Of a stretch of 64,000 bases of DNA, positions 60,664 through 64,000 are shown one piece after another; position 1 is the stretch's first letter; the number at the start of each line of letters is the position of its first letter. Below the pieces are notes generated by a model. It was not told where the DNA came from. It searched no databases and was given only the letters and a program-made list of their open reading frames with translations. Location of the stretch: contig OZ245842.1 in NCBI GenBank assembly GCA_965228895.1, positions 1,216,001 through 1,280,000 on the forward strand, in the 5' to 3' direction. This DNA comes from Alphaproteobacteria bacterium. GTDB lineage: Bacteria > Pseudomonadota > Alphaproteobacteria > SP197. Both the position numbers and the translations under genes were made by a program.

Positions 60664-61638
60664 ATGAGAACGAAAGGTCGAACAACGAAACGTCCGAAGC
60701 TTCGGCAGACGCACTTGGCAGTCCTTGTCGTTTGCGTGGCGGTTCTCGCTGTCGGCCGCTTGGCGGTCGCGATGGCCGGCCCCAGCCTCTTGGTGCCGGC
60801 GCCGGTGCATCAGCCGCGTGTTGCCATCACGACGATCGGGATCGTCGGGGATGACACACGCCGGCTGTCGTCGTTTCCCTATGTCGCGAATGTCGGCGCC
60901 GGCGATAACTCGCTGGCCAGCGCAGTTGTGGTTGGCCGGCGCCATCTCATAACCGCGGCCCATTTGTTTGTGGGCAATGGGCGTTGGCACGCAACCGGCA
61001 TTGCGCGCAAGCCTGTCGGCAGCGAGCTCAGCCAATACCGGGTGTTCATCGAGGGTTGCCCAACCCGAACGTACGGCATTGCTGGAGTCTACGTGAACAC
61101 GCTGAGTCCCGAGTTCAACCGCGCATCGGACTATGCCGTCGTCCAGATCGCCGAACCCCATTGCGGCGTCGGCGTGCCGATTTGGAGCATGACCCGTGAT
61201 GATGTCGACTCGGTTCTGCTTGGGTCGAACGGCACAGCGGATCAGCGCGACGTTACCGTTGCCGGCTATTACGGCCCCCACACCGTAGCCCTCTACAACC
61301 AGTCCGCTATATTGGATACCGGCACATTCGAGAACCTTGAGTTCGACTTCAGTCTTGCTTGGCAATATGCCGCCGAAGGGTCGGTGGTCGAACAAGGCAC
61401 GGGCCGGGAGCTGCGTTTGGGGCCCAACGATCAGCAGCGCCTTTTCGCGCACGAGATTGACGCAACCGTCGGTGGGTCAGGTGGACCTTTGCTCGTTCGT
61501 GACGGCGATGAAGTCTACGCCATCGCTATCCAAGTTGGCGAGCGGCGCGACGACGTCGAACTCAACTATGCGATCAGCATTTCAGACGAGTTCCTGGATC
61601 TCATTGTCGAGCACGTTCCCGACGTCGTCGTCAGGTAA
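60664..61638 (+). CDS. Trypsin-like serine protease, secreted
   Basis: Signal/TM; catalytic triad motifs ITAAH, SDYAVV, GGSGGPL. Confidence 0.78.
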   Translation: MRTKGRTTKRPKLRQTHLAVLVVCVAVLAVGRLAVAMAGPSLLVPAPVHQPRVAITTIGIVGDDTRRLSSFPYVANVGAGDNSLASAVVVGRRHLITAAHLFVGNGRWHATGIARKPVGSELSQYRVFIEGCPTRTYGIAGVYVNTLSPEFNRASDYAVVQIAEPHCGVGVPIWSMTRDDVDSVLLGSNGTADQRDVTVAGYYGPHTVALYNQSAILDTGTFENLEFDFSLAWQYAAEGSVVEQGTGRELRLGPNDQQRLFAHEIDATVGGSGGPLLVRDGDEVYAIAIQVGERRDDVELNYAISISDEFLDLIVEHVPDVVVR

Positions 61639-61653
61639 CCCGTCGCAACATCG

Positions 61654-62721
61654 TCATCGGGCCGCATTTGCCGTTGCTTCGGGCTCGACGAACGCGGGCA
61701 TGACTTCCTTGATAAACAGCTCAAGCGACCGTTTCTGTTCCTTCATGCTGAGCCCGAAACTGGCGCAATAGGTGAACTGGTCGACACCCAAGGCCTCATA
61801 GGGTTTCAGCTTTTTGATCACCTCGTCCGGTGTACCAAACATCAGGTTTTGGCGGAACGCATCGACATCAACGCCTTCCTGACCCTTGAGGTCGTCCATG
61901 TCGATCCCGTCGGCAAAACCGTTCGTGACGCCGCCCAGGTTCCGGAACAGGTTTTGGAACCGTGCCATCTGGCGCATCGTGGCTTCGATTGGCGCTTCCC
62001 ATTGATCGGCGCGGTCATAGACGGCGGCGTAGCGCATGGTCGCGAACTGCGGGCGCTCCAGATCGGGATTGTCGCGCAGAACCGACTCAAATCGCTCCTT
62101 ATAGGTCTCGACCTCCGAAAACGGTCGGGCGATCGCCCATGACAGGACGTTGCAGCCGTTCTTGATACCCCATTCATAGGTCAGCGGAGAGCGGGCGGCG
62201 ACCCACAGCGGCGGGTGCGGTTTCTGCAGCGGTTGTGGCACCGAAATCGAGGTCGGAAACGACCAATATTGGCCGTCATGGGCGTACTCGCCCTGCCATA
62301 GCGCCTTCACCGCCGGCAGCATCTCGTGCATGTAGGTGTAGCCGAGCTTCTGATCCAGCCCGCCGGCCATGCGGTCGAACTCGCGCTGATAGGCGCCGCT
62401 GCCGATCCCGAACTCCAGGCGGCCGCCGCTGTAGAGATCCAACATGGCGGCCTCGCCCGCGACCCGGATCGGGTGCCAATAGGGGGCGACCACGACCGCC
62501 GTGCCCAGCCGAATTCGCGATGTGTGCGCCGCCCACCAGGTCAGGATCTGGAACGGATTGGGCGCGATTTGCAGCTCGATGGCGTGATGTTCGGCCGCCC
62601 AGGCGATATGGAATCCGCCTTCGTCAGCCATCTGCACCATATCCAGGGCGTGGCGCTCGACATCCCGCATGTCGATGTCGGGCGACAAGCGCTCCATGTT
62701 CATCACAAGTTGGAACTTCAT
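61654..62721 (-). CDS. LLM-class flavin-dependent oxidoreductase (luciferase-like)
   Basis: WAAEHH, TSRIRLGTAV, HPIRVAGEAAMLD..SGGRLEFGIG, PQPLQKPHPP. Confidence 0.9.
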   Translation of the reverse strand: MKFQLVMNMERLSPDIDMRDVERHALDMVQMADEGGFHIAWAAEHHAIELQIAPNPFQILTWWAAHTSRIRLGTAVVVAPYWHPIRVAGEAAMLDLYSGGRLEFGIGSGAYQREFDRMAGGLDQKLGYTYMHEMLPAVKALWQGEYAHDGQYWSFPTSISVPQPLQKPHPPLWVAARSPLTYEWGIKNGCNVLSWAIARPFSEVETYKERFESVLRDNPDLERPQFATMRYAAVYDRADQWEAPIEATMRQMARFQNLFRNLGGVTNGFADGIDMDDLKGQEGVDVDAFRQNLMFGTPDEVIKKLKPYEALGVDQFTYCASFGLSMKEQKRSLELFIKEVMPAFVEPEATANAAR

Positions 62722-62820
62722 GCCGGGTTCGCCTCGCCGACTATTGAGCTGTTGCTATAGTAGTAAGGACGGCCGCGACGCGATAGGCACCGGTCGTTGT
62801 CGGACGGGGGAGGCGATGCC

Positions 62821-63660
62821 GTGCTGATCGACTGGCATACCAACCTGTGGCTGCCTGAGCATCTGGGCCCGGAGCAGCGCCAGGAGATGAGTTCGCGTAC
62901 GGGAAAGAGCATTGCTGCCGATGCCGAGGCCCATCAGGCCGGCGTCGCGGCGACAGCCGACAAGTTCGTCGTGCTGACGCTGCGTTGGAACCAGTTGGGC
63001 ATTCACGTGCCAAACGAATTTGTCGCCGAGTACGTCGCCCGCTATCCCGATCGCGCCATCGGCTTTGCCTGCGTCGATCCCCATGATGGCGATGCGCCCG
63101 AAGAACTGGAGCGCGCGGTGGTTGAGCTGGGCTTGCGTGGGCTCAAAATTTCGCCGGTCTATGCTGGCTATGATCCGTGGTCGAAAGAGGCCTGGCAGCT
63201 TTATGAAGTTGCCAACCGGCTCGCCATTCCGCTGCTGTGGCATCAGTCGGCCGCCTACGCGGCCGAGAGCACACTGGAATACGGCAACCCCATTCTGCTC
63301 GACAAAATCGCGCGGGCGTTTCCGGATCTGCCGATGATCATCGCCCATGTCGGCCAGCCGTGGATCGGTGAGACGGTGGTTCTGCTGCGCAAGCACAAAC
63401 AACTCTTCGCGGATCTCTCGGCGCGCTACTACCGCCAATGGCAGTGCTACAACGCCTTGATGCTGGCGCTCGACTACAACGTGACGGACCAGCTTCTGTT
63501 CGGATCCGATTTCCCGATGCAGACCACCCAAGAGGCACTTGATTCGTTTCGCGCCATCAATGACTGGGGCGAAGAGGTGACGCTGCCACGCTTCCCCGAC
63601 GAGATCATTGAGGACATCATTTCGAACCGGCCGTTCAGCCTGATCTGGCCTGATCGCTGA
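62821..63660 (+). CDS. Amidohydrolase_2 family protein
   Basis: IDWHT, LGLRGLKI, IIAHVG, FADLS, LLFGSDFP; GTG after GGAGG. Confidence 0.87.
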   Translation: MLIDWHTNLWLPEHLGPEQRQEMSSRTGKSIAADAEAHQAGVAATADKFVVLTLRWNQLGIHVPNEFVAEYVARYPDRAIGFACVDPHDGDAPEELERAVVELGLRGLKISPVYAGYDPWSKEAWQLYEVANRLAIPLLWHQSAAYAAESTLEYGNPILLDKIARAFPDLPMIIAHVGQPWIGETVVLLRKHKQLFADLSARYYRQWQCYNALMLALDYNVTDQLLFGSDFPMQTTQEALDSFRAINDWGEEVTLPRFPDEIIEDIISNRPFSLIWPDR

Positions 63661-63665
63661 AGCTT

Positions 63666-64000
63666 CTAGCCATCGCTTGGCGTTGGACGTGGCGTTGCCG
63701 AGCTCTCGCGGCGCGCCGTATACACCGCCGCGACGACAATGATTGCCGACCCCACCCATACCCAGATGTCCGGCAGTTCGGCAAACCAGATGGCGCCCAG
63801 CGCGCCGGCAAAGATCAACCGCACATAGGACAGGGGCGCGATGAAGCTGGCTTCGCCCAGGCGATAAGCGCGCAGCACCATGGCTTGCGCAGCAATGCCG
63901 GCCGCCGCGACGCCTAGAATCAGCGCCGCCTGGTGCCAGGTCGGCGTCACCCATTGGGCGATGGCGAACCAGACAGAGAACAACCCGGACGATACGAAGG
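63666..64000 (-). CDS. DMT (EamA) family transporter, 5'-truncated by window edge
   Basis: RAYRLGEASFIAPLSY..FAELPD..WVGSAII. Confidence 0.85.
   Translation of the reverse strand, partial: FVSSGLFSVWFAIAQWVTPTWHQAALILGVAAAGIAAQAMVLRAYRLGEASFIAPLSYVRLIFAGALGAIWFAELPDIWVWVGSAIIVVAAVYTARRESSATPRPTPSDG

Overview
GC-rich alphaproteobacterial (Rhodospirillales-like, inferred) chromosome segment. 1-9933: core genes ilvB(I)-ilvN(H)-ilvC, mreBCD-mrdA-rodA and an orphan periplasmic binding protein. 10108-10183: tRNA-Lys(CTT), which is the integration site of an apparently intact ~9.7-kb element (10138-19873) bounded by a 49-bp direct repeat and matching arm-type sites. The element encodes a tyrosine integrase, an AlpA-like excisionase, an HTH replication initiator with four phased palindromic iterons, a Zn-finger protein, small and large terminases, three unknown late genes (one resembling a scaffold capsid-binding motif), a ~240-nt multi-hairpin non-coding block, a DUF4258/MqsA-like toxin-antitoxin pair and membrane cargo. 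It has no recognisable capsid, portal, protease or tail genes. This 'terminase-only' phage-satellite architecture is the top candidate for an undescribed system. A second accessory block follows attR (19874-23830) with a Zn-finger/RGG/TIR protein, a frameshifted Cas2/VapD-like gene and orphan membrane proteins. Next come lldD, a SPOR protein and a ~26-kb Wzy-type exopolysaccharide locus (WcaJ, Wza, Wzc, six glycosyltransferases, two sulfotransferases, CDP-sugar genes, a Tat-exported GH16, no Wzx). The end holds a tcuA-gntR-Rieske cluster, a secreted protein with 36 AGDGGG repeats, MgtC/DUF4010, a trypsin-like protease, an LLM monooxygenase, an amidohydrolase and a partial DMT transporter. All family calls come from motif recognition by eye; no database search was run.
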